Part shown: one piece after another, positions 7,852 through 17,210 of the stretch | Layout of the letters: the number at the start of each line of letters is the position of its first letter | Numbering within the stretch: the stretch's first letter is position 1 | Assembly: GCA_964640155.1 (NCBI GenBank) | Contig: CAZXEQ010000002.1 | Span: forward strand, 450,001 to 482,000 | DNA length: 32,000 nt | Direction: 5' to 3' | Source: an uncultured bacterium | Lineage (GTDB): Bacteria > Auribacterota > JACPWU01 | The notes under the pieces: generated by a model | Told to the model about the DNA's origin: nothing | Seen by the model: only the letters and a program-made list of their open reading frames with translations | Database searches by the model: none | Program-made: the position numbers and the translations under genes

Positions 7852-8728
7852 AAGGATTCATATCGGGTTCTTCTTTTATTTTTTTAAGAGATTTATTCAA
7901 TTGATGTGATGTGATGGAAAGAGCCCAAAGCATGCATTCTAATTTTTTCTTATTCCATTGATGATGTTTAGCATCATCGCTGATTTTAAGAAAATGATGA
8001 TGCTTTTCAATCGTCTCTAATAATTTTTCAACACCTTCTCCAGATTGAGCTGTAGTCAAAAGAATAGGGGGCTTCCAGGTAGATGAGTTTTTCCGATGAT
8101 GAAGTTCTCGGGCTAGAGCTAATTCTAATTGTTTTGCTCCGGGCCTATCCATTTTATTGATAACAAAAATGTCGGCCCATTCAATGAGACCTCTCTTCAT
8201 CATTTGAATTTCATCTCCAGACTCGGGGGAAAGTACCAAAATGGTTGTATCTGCTAATTCATGAATGCCCCATTCTGCTTGGCCTGTTCCAATCGTTTCA
8301 ATTAAAGCACAGCCGAAACCAAATGCACCAAAAGCACGAGCCATTAATTTTGCGGTAAGATAACCTGTCATCGTAAGACCATGGGGTGCAAAACTTCTAA
8401 AAAAAATTCTAGGATGATGGGCGTTTTTCCCCAATCGAATCCGATCTCCCAAAAAAGCTCCATTTGAAATCCAACTGCGAGGATCCATCGCAATAATTCC
8501 CAAGGACTGATGTGTAGCCAAAGGTTCGGCCATTTGAGCAATCAAACTACTTTTCCCTACACCGGGCGGACCGGTAAGAGCAATGGTATGAATTTCAGAG
8601 TCAGAAGAATAAATTTTTTTGAGGAGAGCATCCTCTTTTTCTCCTTCTTCAATAGAAGTGAGAATTTTGGAGATCGCTGCTTTATCTGCCTTAAGTGCCT
8701 TTTTAAAATATGTCAAAAGTGAGTTCAT
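7802..8728 (-). CDS. meaB: MeaB/ArgK-like G3E-family GTPase (mutase chaperone)
   Basis: 308-aa ORF with P-loop GPPGVGKSS and an NKMD (NKxD) motif. It sits between the two mutase subunits and overlaps both neighbours. Confidence 0.85.
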   Translation of the reverse strand: MNSLLTYFKKALKADKAAISKILTSIEEGEKEDALLKKIYSSDSEIHTIALTGPPGVGKSSLIAQMAEPLATHQSLGIIAMDPRSWISNGAFLGDRIRLGKNAHHPRIFFRSFAPHGLTMTGYLTAKLMARAFGAFGFGCALIETIGTGQAEWGIHELADTTILVLSPESGDEIQMMKRGLIEWADIFVINKMDRPGAKQLELALARELHHRKNSSTWKPPILLTTAQSGEGVEKLLETIEKHHHFLKISDDAKHHQWNKKKLECMLWALSITSHQLNKSLKKIKEEPDMNPYEEAKKLLKEMPYARG

Positions 8729-9144
8729 GAGGAGGATAGAGATAAAATTTTATTTTGAAGATATGAAATAATATCTTGGGTAGAAGTATCGGGACCCCAT
8801 AATTTGTGAACCCCCAGTTGTTCTAATTTTTCCATGTCTTCTTCAGGAATGATTCCTCCTCCGATTAAAAGGACATCTTTAAGCCCTCTTTTTTTCATGA
8901 GGCGGGCAAGCTTGGGGAAAAGGGTCATATGGGCTCCTGAAAGAATGCTAATCCCAATGGCGTGAACGTCTTCTTCTAAAGCAGCTTCCACAATGCCCTC
9001 TGGGCTTTGTTTGATCCCTGTATAAATCACATCCATTCCTGCATCGCGCAAAGCACGGGCTATGACCTTAATACCACGGTCATGGCCGTCGAGCCCAACT
9101 TTGGCTAAAAGGATTTTTATTTTTCTTATATTTTTTTCAACCAT
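8725..9144 (-). CDS. Acyl-CoA mutase small subunit, cobalamin-binding domain
   Basis: 139-aa ORF with the B12-binding DxHxxG motif ([11 protein letters not shown]), SILSGAH and LIGGGIIP. An ATGA overlap links it to the meaB-like gene. Confidence 0.9.
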   Translation of the reverse strand: MVEKNIRKIKILLAKVGLDGHDRGIKVIARALRDAGMDVIYTGIKQSPEGIVEAALEEDVHAIGISILSGAHMTLFPKLARLMKKRGLKDVLLIGGGIIPEEDMEKLEQLGVHKLWGPDTSTQDIISYLQNKILSLSSS

Positions 9145-10388
9145 TGGTTGACCTTATAAAAGGTGGGATCACGTGTTTCTTGAAAGGCTCGAATAAACCA
9201 TATTTTGGCTTCTTTGGTTTTCCCTTTTTTTAAAAGCTCATCTCCTATCTTCGCATAAACCCAAACTAAATTCTGTTGAAATCCTTTCTCATGAGGGAAA
9301 ATTTTTTGAGCCTGTCGATAAACTTTTAGTGCTTCATGCCATATTTTTCGATCAATAAGACTTTTCCCCCATTCGTAAAAAAGAACTTTTTGATTATGAA
9401 AAACCAAAGATTTTAGTGTGCCTAGCTTTTCGGCTTTTTGAAGGAGAGATTGAGCCATAAGCCAATCTTTTCTTTGCATATGAGTATTGGATTGATTAAT
9501 CCATGCGGCGGCGAGGTTCTGAGTAAACGCATTCTGACTTAAGCGCTCTCCTTGTTTAAGAAAAGGAAGTCCTTGCTGGTAAATAGAGGCAGCTTTAGAG
9601 TATTCATGATTTTCAAAAAATTGATTTCCTCGGCAAATATACAAGTCCAGAATCAGAGAAGCTAAATCAGGAAATTCAGGATCCAATCGGTACGCTTTCT
9701 GATAAAAGGGAAGGGCCTTTTCATAATTTTTTTCTCGAATCCACCTGAGTCCGCGATTGTAATAAATGACTGCCATTAGCGAAACTGGGTTGACGAAACG
9801 TTTCCCTTTCCATTTTTGAATGGAAGGATTGTAAATAAATTCATTGAGCTGGGAAAGATTTGCCAAGAATCCATTGGGGGTTGTTGTCTGAACTTCAAAA
9901 TTTCGAGAAGGTGTTTTAAGAATGGAATAAAGATGAGTCGGTACTTCTACACTCATCGTTGAAAGCCCTAATCGTGTGCAAAGAATATTGAAGAGGAGGG
10001 TGGATGAAACACAATTATATCTGCCCGTATTTAAAGTAATTTGAATCTCTGTGGCAGAAGTATCATAAATTTTAAAAACATTTTTATGGAGAAAACTTAA
10101 AATCAGAAATCCTTTTCGCAAGTCCGATAGATTTTTAATTCGATATTGTAAAACCATTCTATTATAAAGAGCATCAATCTTGGAAAGATAAAGAGGTAAT
10201 TCTTTTTGAGAAACTCCGGAAGCAATCAAAACAGAGTGTTCAAGGCTAAGACGATGGAATTTCCCATCTGCAGCATCTTCAAATAAAGCCTGTTCCAAAG
10301 AGTCAGAAGGAACACAGAGCCCAGAATGGGCCGCGTGTGATAAAACAAAACAAAAGAGGAGAGTAGATAGTCCCACCCGTATTTTCAT
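9126..10388 (-). CDS. Secreted TPR-repeat protein with a putative N-terminal transglutaminase-like Cys/His core
   Basis: 420-aa ORF. Signal peptide [43 protein letters not shown]...VPTHLY resembles a transglutaminase-like core. The C-terminal half has TPR-like A/Y/L periodicity. Its 3' end overlaps the B12-subunit start by 19 nt. Confidence 0.7.
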   Translation of the reverse strand: MKIRVGLSTLLFCFVLSHAAHSGLCVPSDSLEQALFEDAADGKFHRLSLEHSVLIASGVSQKELPLYLSKIDALYNRMVLQYRIKNLSDLRKGFLILSFLHKNVFKIYDTSATEIQITLNTGRYNCVSSTLLFNILCTRLGLSTMSVEVPTHLYSILKTPSRNFEVQTTTPNGFLANLSQLNEFIYNPSIQKWKGKRFVNPVSLMAVIYYNRGLRWIREKNYEKALPFYQKAYRLDPEFPDLASLILDLYICRGNQFFENHEYSKAASIYQQGLPFLKQGERLSQNAFTQNLAAAWINQSNTHMQRKDWLMAQSLLQKAEKLGTLKSLVFHNQKVLFYEWGKSLIDRKIWHEALKVYRQAQKIFPHEKGFQQNLVWVYAKIGDELLKKGKTKEAKIWFIRAFQETRDPTFYKVNQWLKKI

Positions 10389-10415
10389 TGGATTTCGAGT
10401 TTACCTCCTATGCTT

Positions 10416-10444
10416 ATTAGAATAGAATGGCAACCCAATGTCAA
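10416..10444 (-). promoter_or_regulatory. Putative promoter TTGACA-17 nt-TCTAAT for the TPR/mutase operon
   Basis: On the minus strand: TTGACA (10439-10444), a 17-nt spacer, TCTAAT (10416-10421), with AGGAGG downstream. Confidence 0.45.
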
Positions 10445-10465
10445 TTGAGATAGTGAGGTTAAAGC

Positions 10466-11077
10466 ATGTTGGTTTCTGAAGAAAATTCTCAAAGTATACT
10501 TATTGATTATGAAAGGCTTCATCTTTTCGAAAATTGGTTTCAATTTTTTGGAAATGATCATCCTCTTAAAATTGAAATTGGATGCGGAAAAGATGATTCT
10601 CTTGTTGAAAGAGCCCTACATGAACCCCAAAGCAATTTTGTTGGAATTGAAAGCGATGTAGGTATTGCATATCGCCTTCAAAAAAAGGTGAAAAGAAGTA
10701 AAGCTCCAAACCTTAAAATACTTCTTTTTCAAGCAGAGTATGCCTTAAATCGGTTTTTTGAAAACGAAAGCATTCAAGATTTTTTTGTTCAATTCCCAGA
10801 TCCTTGGCCCAAGAAAAGACATGCCAAACGCCGAATCTTTCAAAAAGAATTCATTACTCTTTTGCAATCAAAACTTATTTCTAAAGGGGGTCTTTTTATT
10901 GCAACGGATGTAAAAGATATGGCTGATTTGGCAATTCAGGTAATTCAGGAAGCTGGTGGTTTTAAACCAATGGACTGTCAGGGGCAAAAACCATTTCCTT
11001 TTTTTACACTTTATGAGAAAAAGTTTTTAAAATTAGGTTTGCCTATTTATTATTTAAAATATCAAAAGCAGAGTTAA
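10466..11077 (+). CDS. trmB: tRNA (guanine-N7)-methyltransferase
   Basis: 203-aa ORF with EIGCGKDDSL (SAM-binding loop) and the hallmark FPDPWPKKRHAKRR. Confidence 0.85.
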   Translation: MLVSEENSQSILIDYERLHLFENWFQFFGNDHPLKIEIGCGKDDSLVERALHEPQSNFVGIESDVGIAYRLQKKVKRSKAPNLKILLFQAEYALNRFFENESIQDFFVQFPDPWPKKRHAKRRIFQKEFITLLQSKLISKGGLFIATDVKDMADLAIQVIQEAGGFKPMDCQGQKPFPFFTLYEKKFLKLGLPIYYLKYQKQS

Positions 11078-11093
11078 GTTATAAGGATTAGAG

Positions 11094-13133
11094 ATGAAGG
11101 TCCAAATCAAAAATCGTTCTATCATGATTGATGGGGAAGCTGTGCCTCTCATCTCCGGAGAAGTACACTATTGGCGTTTAGATCCTTCGATGTGGAGAAA
11201 GATTTTGGAAGAAGTACGCAAGTTAGGTTTAGAAATGATTTGTACTTATGTCCCATGGGAATTTCATGAAATTCAACCGCGCGTTTATGATTTTACTGGG
11301 AAAACAGATCCACGTCGCAATTTGAAAGCTTATTTAGAACTTTTAGAAGAAATGGGTTTTTGGATTCTGATTCGTCCAGGACCTTATATTTACAGTGAAT
11401 GGAAAAATTTGGGAATTCCCGATAGAGTTGTTCAATATCATCGAACACATCCTAAGTTGGTGGAAGAAGCTCGACATTATCTCCAAGCCGTTTTTAAAAT
11501 TTTAAATCCCCATTTAGCATCTCATGGTGGCCGCATCCTCATGATTCAGCCGGATAATGAATTGGACCCTGCTTTTTATCAATATGAAGATCAATTGGGA
11601 TTGACAGGAAAGAAAGGACTCTTTCAAGAATTTTTAAAAGAGAAATATAAAAATGTTTTATCTTTGAATCGTGCTTGGCAAACAAAATATAAAAGTTTAG
11701 ATAGCGCTAAACCTACATGTGATCTTGTGTCCTATAACAAAAATCAATGGCCTCGATTCAGAGATTTTAAAGAATTTATTTATTGGTTGGTCGAAAAAAT
11801 GGGGCAAGTTTGGTGTGATGAATTTCGTTCTTTAACAAAAAACATCCCTCTTTACTTCAATATGTATGGTTTTTATGAAATACAGCCATGGAAAGTATTG
11901 GCTCGACAAGCTGATTTCTCTGCTTTGGATCTTTATCCTTCACAAGAATTTGAATTTGAAGCAAGTGAGCATCGGGATTTTTTAGAAAAAATTAGAGCTC
12001 TACGTACAGTCAGTTCTGTTCCTTTCATTGCTGAATTTCAATGTGGGACTTGGCATGGTTATCAAAATCGCAGTGGACTTTTAAGCCCTAATCACTATCG
12101 AATGAGTGCGATATCAGCACTTTTAGCAGGCTCAATTGGTTGGAATTGGTACATGCTGGTCAATCGCGACAATTGGTATTTGTGTCCGATTGACGAAAGA
12201 GCTCAAAGGCGTGAAGAGCTAGCTTGCGTTTTTCAAGAGCTTATTCGCGTCTTTAAAGAAATTAGACCGCAAAGCCTCAATAAAAAAACAAATATAGGCG
12301 TGACTTTCTATCCGCTTCATTCTACGACCCGCGCTCTTTCTAAAGAAGATCCCATTTTAAAAAGCCTTTATGAGGGAGATTTAGATTATGAATTTGTGGA
12401 TGTTGAAGAAAGTATTCCAAATAAAAAAGTGATTTTTTATTCGGGAGCTTCTTGGCTTCCTGAAAAGGCTCAAAAGAATTTATTAAAATATGTTCAAGCT
12501 GGTGGGATTTTAATTTCTTTTCTTCACTATCCTCATCAAGACGAATCTTTGAATTCTTTGACTCTTTTAGGATTTCAAGAACCCACTTCTGTTTTAGGTG
12601 AGGGAGGTGTTATTTTTTGTGAAAAGTTTTTGGAAATGCGATTAGCTGATCAAACCATTGATATTCGAAGCCCATTCTTTATTTTTGATAAAGTTCTAGG
12701 AACTGTTATTCAAGCGCAATCAAAAACGCATTCTACTTATGTAGGCCAAGCCAATTTGTTAAAAGATAAAAAATATACGATTGGATATATTCGCAAAAGT
12801 GGGAAGGGGAAAATCATTCACATTGGGACTTCACCAACACCGGCGCTCATACTTGCTTTAATGAAGTCATTAAAAATTGATCTTTATTCCCATGCTTCTA
12901 CACCTCAAGTTCAAACAGCCCTCTATCAAAGAGGCAAAGACTTTTATCTCTTTATAGTTAATTCTGGAAGAGAAACGAAGTCAGCCAGCATCGAACTTCA
13001 TGGAATAAAATCTTTAAAGAAAGCCACAGATCTATTTTCTAAGAAAGAATATTCTATCCGAATGTTTCAAGGGGTTTCAACCTTACATGTTTCTTTAGAA
13101 AGAAAGAGTGGGACAGTGTTGAAGTTAAATTAG
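11094..13133 (+). CDS. Glycoside hydrolase, GH35-like beta-galactosidase
   Basis: 679-aa ORF whose N-terminus matches the GH35 pattern: IDGEAVPLISGEVHYWR...TYVPWEFHE...YDFTG...ILIRPGPYIYSEW, followed by QPDNEL (candidate acid/base Glu). Confidence 0.7.
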   Translation: MKVQIKNRSIMIDGEAVPLISGEVHYWRLDPSMWRKILEEVRKLGLEMICTYVPWEFHEIQPRVYDFTGKTDPRRNLKAYLELLEEMGFWILIRPGPYIYSEWKNLGIPDRVVQYHRTHPKLVEEARHYLQAVFKILNPHLASHGGRILMIQPDNELDPAFYQYEDQLGLTGKKGLFQEFLKEKYKNVLSLNRAWQTKYKSLDSAKPTCDLVSYNKNQWPRFRDFKEFIYWLVEKMGQVWCDEFRSLTKNIPLYFNMYGFYEIQPWKVLARQADFSALDLYPSQEFEFEASEHRDFLEKIRALRTVSSVPFIAEFQCGTWHGYQNRSGLLSPNHYRMSAISALLAGSIGWNWYMLVNRDNWYLCPIDERAQRREELACVFQELIRVFKEIRPQSLNKKTNIGVTFYPLHSTTRALSKEDPILKSLYEGDLDYEFVDVEESIPNKKVIFYSGASWLPEKAQKNLLKYVQAGGILISFLHYPHQDESLNSLTLLGFQEPTSVLGEGGVIFCEKFLEMRLADQTIDIRSPFFIFDKVLGTVIQAQSKTHSTYVGQANLLKDKKYTIGYIRKSGKGKIIHIGTSPTPALILALMKSLKIDLYSHASTPQVQTALYQRGKDFYLFIVNSGRETKSASIELHGIKSLKKATDLFSKKEYSIRMFQGVSTLHVSLERKSGTVLKLN

Positions 13134-13140
13134 TAAAGAA

Positions 13141-13174
13141 AAACACAGAGCGGGTTTTAATCCGCCCTGTGTTT
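13141..13174. terminator. Hairpin between convergent genes (candidate bidirectional terminator)
   Basis: AAACACAGAGCGG-loop-CCGCCCTGTGTTT, a 13-bp stem with one mismatch and A/T runs on both sides. Confidence 0.5.
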
Positions 13175-13189
13175 GGAGCCTTCTACTGA

Positions 13190-14851
13190 TTACTGCTTTA
13201 AATTCTCTGATGCTTTTTCTTGAATGATTTGCTCAACCTTGTTATCTGTCTCCAGAGTATTTAATACATCTGGACTAAGCTCTTGAAAATCCTTATTAAA
13301 TTCTAGTTCTTCTGGCCAAGGTCTTGGATCAATATCATCAGGAAATACAGGAGGGCGATGGTAGATGATCCAAGGAAAGAATAAACTCTCTGCTGGAGAA
13401 GTTCTCGGGAAAAGCGTTTCACCAAAGATAATATATAACCAAGCAGTATCATTTCGAGAAGAAGAAGTAGAAGTAGGAGTATAACTAAAATTAAAACCAT
13501 CAAACCCAATAGCGATATCATCAATACCACCGTTATTGATATCTCCTACAAAACTTAATGCTCCAGTAACAACATCTCGCGTATCTCCGATAAAACGAAC
13601 AGCATACGTGGTATTAATATCTACAGTTGATCCCCAGCTGGATCTTCTCCCAAGTAGTAAATGTGTTCTACTTGGCTGCAATGGTGTACCTGGATGTACT
13701 GGCATGGATATTGAAAACAAAAGATCTGAGATTCCATCTCCATTGATATCTCCGTACCCTGAGAACACCATAGATGTTGAACCAGATGTACTAATAAATG
13801 AAGTGTTTACTCTAACTCTTGATAAATCTGAGGCTCCTTGAATAAGATCATAAAGTGCAGAGGGTCGACTGTCCCCAAATTCTCTAAGACGCTCTATTAA
13901 AAAATCAATGTATCCATCTCCATTAACATCGCCAACTTTTAACGGACCTTCAAAGGTATCACCATTGTTATGATGTGAAGATAATGCGATGGGAGAGTCA
14001 AAGTTTCCAAGTCTATTACCTGCAAATATATTAGTAATAGTTGTTGTGCCAGAACTTAGAGAAGGATATGTTACTACGACGATTTCTTCGAACCCATCAT
14101 GGTTCATATCTCCCACAAACTGAGGCTTTCCCATTAAAAATCCTGTAGGAGGAGTCCAAGTACGGTTGGCATCAGATGCGAGAATAGAAGATGGAAATCT
14201 TTCAGATCTTCCTAAAAACAAGTACATGTGAGTAGGGCGAGGATATCCTCGATAAATCAAAAGATCTTTATAGCCATCACCATTAAAATTACCGATACTA
14301 ACGCTCATACTGGGAGATGAATCTGGTAGCCCGGTATAGGTGGTATCAGCTAACATGTCTGCAGCGCCGCTGTGCCAAATTGTTTTTCCATAGAATATAT
14401 AAATTTTACCTCGTATAATTCCACCTGACTGATAAAGAGGCGCTGTCACTGCAAAGTCACTGATGTTGTCTCCATTAAGATCACCTGCAGAAATGATTTG
14501 ACCAAAATCACCAGCTAAAATACCTATATCCAATCTGTGCTCTGAGCGAATGACGACATTGGCATTATCCATTGTCAAAGAACGCATCCAAGACATAGAA
14601 TCTCTTTTCCCAAAATAAATTGCAATTCCACTACCGCCAGTCTCTCCTGATTGTGTGGCTGCGGCAAAATCAGGAATCCTATCCCCATTGATATCGCCTA
14701 ATGGGGTTACGAGTTTTCCAAAAGCGACTACATTTTCTGATAGGTCAATTCTTACAGGAGCATTCTCAAGTCGAAAATCAACCGCTTTAGATGAACTCAC
14801 TTGAAACAAGCTCAAAACAAATAAAATAACTAGCAATTTAATTGTTTTCAT
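13190..14851 (-). CDS. Secreted FG-GAP (integrin-alpha-like beta-propeller) repeat protein
   Basis: 553-aa ORF with signal peptide MKTIKLLVILFVLSLFQVSSSKA. Seven Ca-binding-type repeats: GDINGDRIPDF, GDLNGDNISDF, GNFNGDGYKDL, GDMNHDGFEEI, GDVNGDGYIDF, GDINGDGISDL, GDINNGGIDDI. Confidence 0.85.
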   Translation of the reverse strand: MKTIKLLVILFVLSLFQVSSSKAVDFRLENAPVRIDLSENVVAFGKLVTPLGDINGDRIPDFAAATQSGETGGSGIAIYFGKRDSMSWMRSLTMDNANVVIRSEHRLDIGILAGDFGQIISAGDLNGDNISDFAVTAPLYQSGGIIRGKIYIFYGKTIWHSGAADMLADTTYTGLPDSSPSMSVSIGNFNGDGYKDLLIYRGYPRPTHMYLFLGRSERFPSSILASDANRTWTPPTGFLMGKPQFVGDMNHDGFEEIVVVTYPSLSSGTTTITNIFAGNRLGNFDSPIALSSHHNNGDTFEGPLKVGDVNGDGYIDFLIERLREFGDSRPSALYDLIQGASDLSRVRVNTSFISTSGSTSMVFSGYGDINGDGISDLLFSISMPVHPGTPLQPSRTHLLLGRRSSWGSTVDINTTYAVRFIGDTRDVVTGALSFVGDINNGGIDDIAIGFDGFNFSYTPTSTSSSRNDTAWLYIIFGETLFPRTSPAESLFFPWIIYHRPPVFPDDIDPRPWPEELEFNKDFQELSPDVLNTLETDNKVEQIIQEKASENLKQ

Positions 14852-15374
14852 TTTTAATCTCTCTTTTCTCCCCCGAATCTTAATAGTTTATATACCACAT
14901 GAAATTTACTTACCCAAATTTTTTCTGTCTAAACTAATCCAATCCTCTGTATTAGAAAGGCTTAAAATTTTGTAGTTATTTATCACCAATACATATTCTA
15001 TTTAGCCATAAACTTATGGGCCAAGCTTTGCTTCCTAGGGTATGGGGGCAACCTTTTGGAAGAAAACTTGGCCCTTGTAAAAAATCAAAACTTTAAAATG
15101 TAAATTCCTTGAAACTATTTCTTATCTGTCAAATTCCAAGACTTACTTTCTTTGCGATCCATCACATTTAAAGCAGTAAACAGTATTCCAAAAAAAACCA
15201 TCAAATCACCCGGTATCATATTTTTCCCTTTCATTCTTTGACTGCTAATAAAGCATCTTTTATGCCAACATTTTTAGAAAAGCTTTAATATGTTCTTGTG
15301 CAATAAGATATGTCATTTCATGAAGTGCATAAAGGAAGGTTGTTTTTGAATTTTGTTTCGAAACGGAACTTTAT

Positions 15375-15403
15375 TTGACACATTTTTAAAAATCTTTTAT
15401 AGT
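15375..15403 (+). promoter_or_regulatory. Near-consensus promoter TTGACA-17 nt-TATAGT
   Basis: -35 at 15375-15380, -10 at 15398-15403, 17 nt upstream of the ATG at 15421. Confidence 0.5.
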
Positions 15404-15420
15404 GGTCTTGAGGAAACAAA

Positions 15421-15660
15421 ATGAACAGAAAATCACTCTTGATTGGTTTGGGTTTTGACGCAAAGGATAAACATGTGCGTATCACTCGCGGTGAGAACTT
15501 CCAGCTTTATGGAGGTTCAGAAAAGACACATGCCTATATGCAGGAGAAAGCTATTTCCTTTAATGAAGAACTTACCAAAAGACAGAAAACCCTTGAAGAT
15601 ATCAGTCGCGAAGAGTTTATTGATATTGCCCATGATATCGGATTGAAGAATAGGAAGTAG
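15421..15660 (+). CDS. Small conserved hypothetical protein (79 aa)
   Basis: ORF MNRKSLLIGLGFDAKDKHVRITRGENFQLYGGSEKTHAYMQEKAISFNEEL..., with a strong promoter upstream and a hairpin downstream. The overlapping +2-frame ORF 15443-15646 is disregarded. Confidence 0.6.
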   Translation: MNRKSLLIGLGFDAKDKHVRITRGENFQLYGGSEKTHAYMQEKAISFNEELTKRQKTLEDISREEFIDIAHDIGLKNRK

Positions 15661-15694
15661 TGTGATGAAACCATCTTATATTTTTTCATCACAC
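15660..15694. terminator. Hairpin between convergent genes (candidate bidirectional terminator)
   Basis: GTGTGATGAAA-loop-TTTCATCACAC, an 11-bp perfect stem, with a T-run inside the 3' arm region. Confidence 0.5.
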
Positions 15695-15714
15695 TAACGA
15701 TCACAATAAATAAT

Positions 15715-16368
15715 CTATTTTAAATTTCCTGAAAACTTTTTTAAATCTTCCAGTTTCACAGCCTTCGCAAATTTTTCTACTTCTTGAAAATCTTCAACTC
15801 CAGAACTTTTGACTTGAAGCATCAAGTCTCCATAAAAAAGCATAATCTGGGTTTCTTTTTGAGTGGTATTCATCACTTGTGCTCCTTCAAAATCTCCAAG
15901 TTTATAGGCTTCCATTTTTTCTTGAGGTTGTCCTTCCTGTTGCATTTTGGAAAAGAAAGGATTTGAAAGGAGTTGCATTCCTGCTTTTGCAATTTGAACC
16001 ATGTGAGGGATATTCAAGATAGAAACCGTAACTTTTTGAGAGGGTTCCTTCTTATAATTTACTTCTACAGAATAGGCGTTGGATGAAATAAGACCAAAAG
16101 TTGCTTCACTGCCAAGATTTGAAGCGGGTTCAGTTCTTTGCCATCCATCCATGGTGCCAGGTAAACACTCAATCACCTGTTGACTGACAAGTTTTTGAAT
16201 TTGTGTGAGGCCTTGATTTAGAAATTCGATGGCCTTGAGATAATTTTTATCATTATAAGCCTGCTTGGCTTGATCCAGGGTATCTGTGACTTCATCGGAA
16301 AAACAAAGATTAGATTGAAGTGTGACCGAGAGAATTCCTGTTAGCAAAAGTACGCTTATTTTTTTCAT
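15715..16368 (-). CDS. Hypothetical secreted protein
   Basis: The track ORF runs to 16389. ATG at 16368 (MKKISVLLLTGILSV...) has GGAG about 10 nt upstream, whereas the longer form would contain that SD. It has a signal-peptide-like N-terminus and no recognised domain. Confidence 0.65.
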   Translation of the reverse strand: MKKISVLLLTGILSVTLQSNLCFSDEVTDTLDQAKQAYNDKNYLKAIEFLNQGLTQIQKLVSQQVIECLPGTMDGWQRTEPASNLGSEATFGLISSNAYSVEVNYKKEPSQKVTVSILNIPHMVQIAKAGMQLLSNPFFSKMQQEGQPQEKMEAYKLGDFEGAQVMNTTQKETQIMLFYGDLMLQVKSSGVEDFQEVEKFAKAVKLEDLKKFSGNLK

Positions 16369-16525
16369 ATAATAAATCTCCTTTTTCAAATGTGGATGCA
16401 GGCTAACATAGATTTTGAATAGGATTCAAGTTCTTTTGGGAATAAATCAGTACAAGCTTGTGTTATCAAGGATGTATGAAATTTTAGGGACAAATTCTTA
16501 AAGTCTTTTTAGAAGGGAGGGTTAA

Positions 16526-17140
16526 ATGAAAAAAATAGTTGGAGCAGGTATTTTGATTGTAAGTCTTTTAATAGGTTCTATTTTGGTTTTGGCTCAAGCA
16601 GATCAAAATCAAAGCCATTCTTCTCCACGAATGGATACAACTCAACTTCCTTCTGTCTCCGATAGGGAAGAAGACGCAATGATGTCCGAATTAGATCCTT
16701 TTATAGAAATGGAGAGAATGCATCGTGAACTAGAGCGGTTAATGCATTCCAGAGCTTGGGGAAGCCCTCATCCTAGAGGACATCTGACTTCGCATGGATA
16801 TTTAGAACCTCGTATTGATTTGGAAGAGACCACACAGGAACTTGTCTTAAGATGCGATCTTCCAGGTTTAGACAAGGATAAAATATCTATTAAATTAAAA
16901 AATGACGTTGTAGAAATTCAAGCTAAACGTGAAATTGTACGTGAAGACAAGCAGGATAGAAAAGGTACACGTTTTTATCGTAGTGAAAGAAGTGTAGGTT
17001 CTTTTTATCGTGCAATTCCGCTACCGGTTCATGTGGATCAAAAAAATGTAAAAGCTTCTTATCAAAATGGAGTTTTAACCCTTCGTTTACCTAAAATAAT
17101 CAAAGAAGAGGAAAAGAGTGTTCAAATTCCAATAAATTGA
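16526..17140 (+). CDS. Hsp20/alpha-crystallin family small heat-shock protein with N-terminal signal peptide
   Basis: 204-aa ORF with GGAGGG 6-8 nt upstream. N-terminus MKKIVGAGILIVSLLIGSILVLAQA. The C-terminal alpha-crystallin domain reads PRIDLEETTQELVLRCDLPGLDKDKISIKL...GVLTLRLPK. Confidence 0.85.
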   Translation: MKKIVGAGILIVSLLIGSILVLAQADQNQSHSSPRMDTTQLPSVSDREEDAMMSELDPFIEMERMHRELERLMHSRAWGSPHPRGHLTSHGYLEPRIDLEETTQELVLRCDLPGLDKDKISIKLKNDVVEIQAKREIVREDKQDRKGTRFYRSERSVGSFYRAIPLPVHVDQKNVKASYQNGVLTLRLPKIIKEEEKSVQIPIN

Positions 17141-17145
17141 TTGAG

Positions 17146-17210
17146 AGATAGCGTTTAGTAAAAACCGCTGGGAAAGTGCCCCCTCATTTTTCCAAAACTA
17201 AACGCTATCT
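17146..17210. terminator. Long hairpin between convergent genes; the 3' arm overlaps the stop codon of the minus-strand gene
   Basis: 14-bp perfect stem AGATAGCGTTTAGT (17146-17159) / ACTAAACGCTATCT (17197-17210) with a 37-nt loop. Confidence 0.45.
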
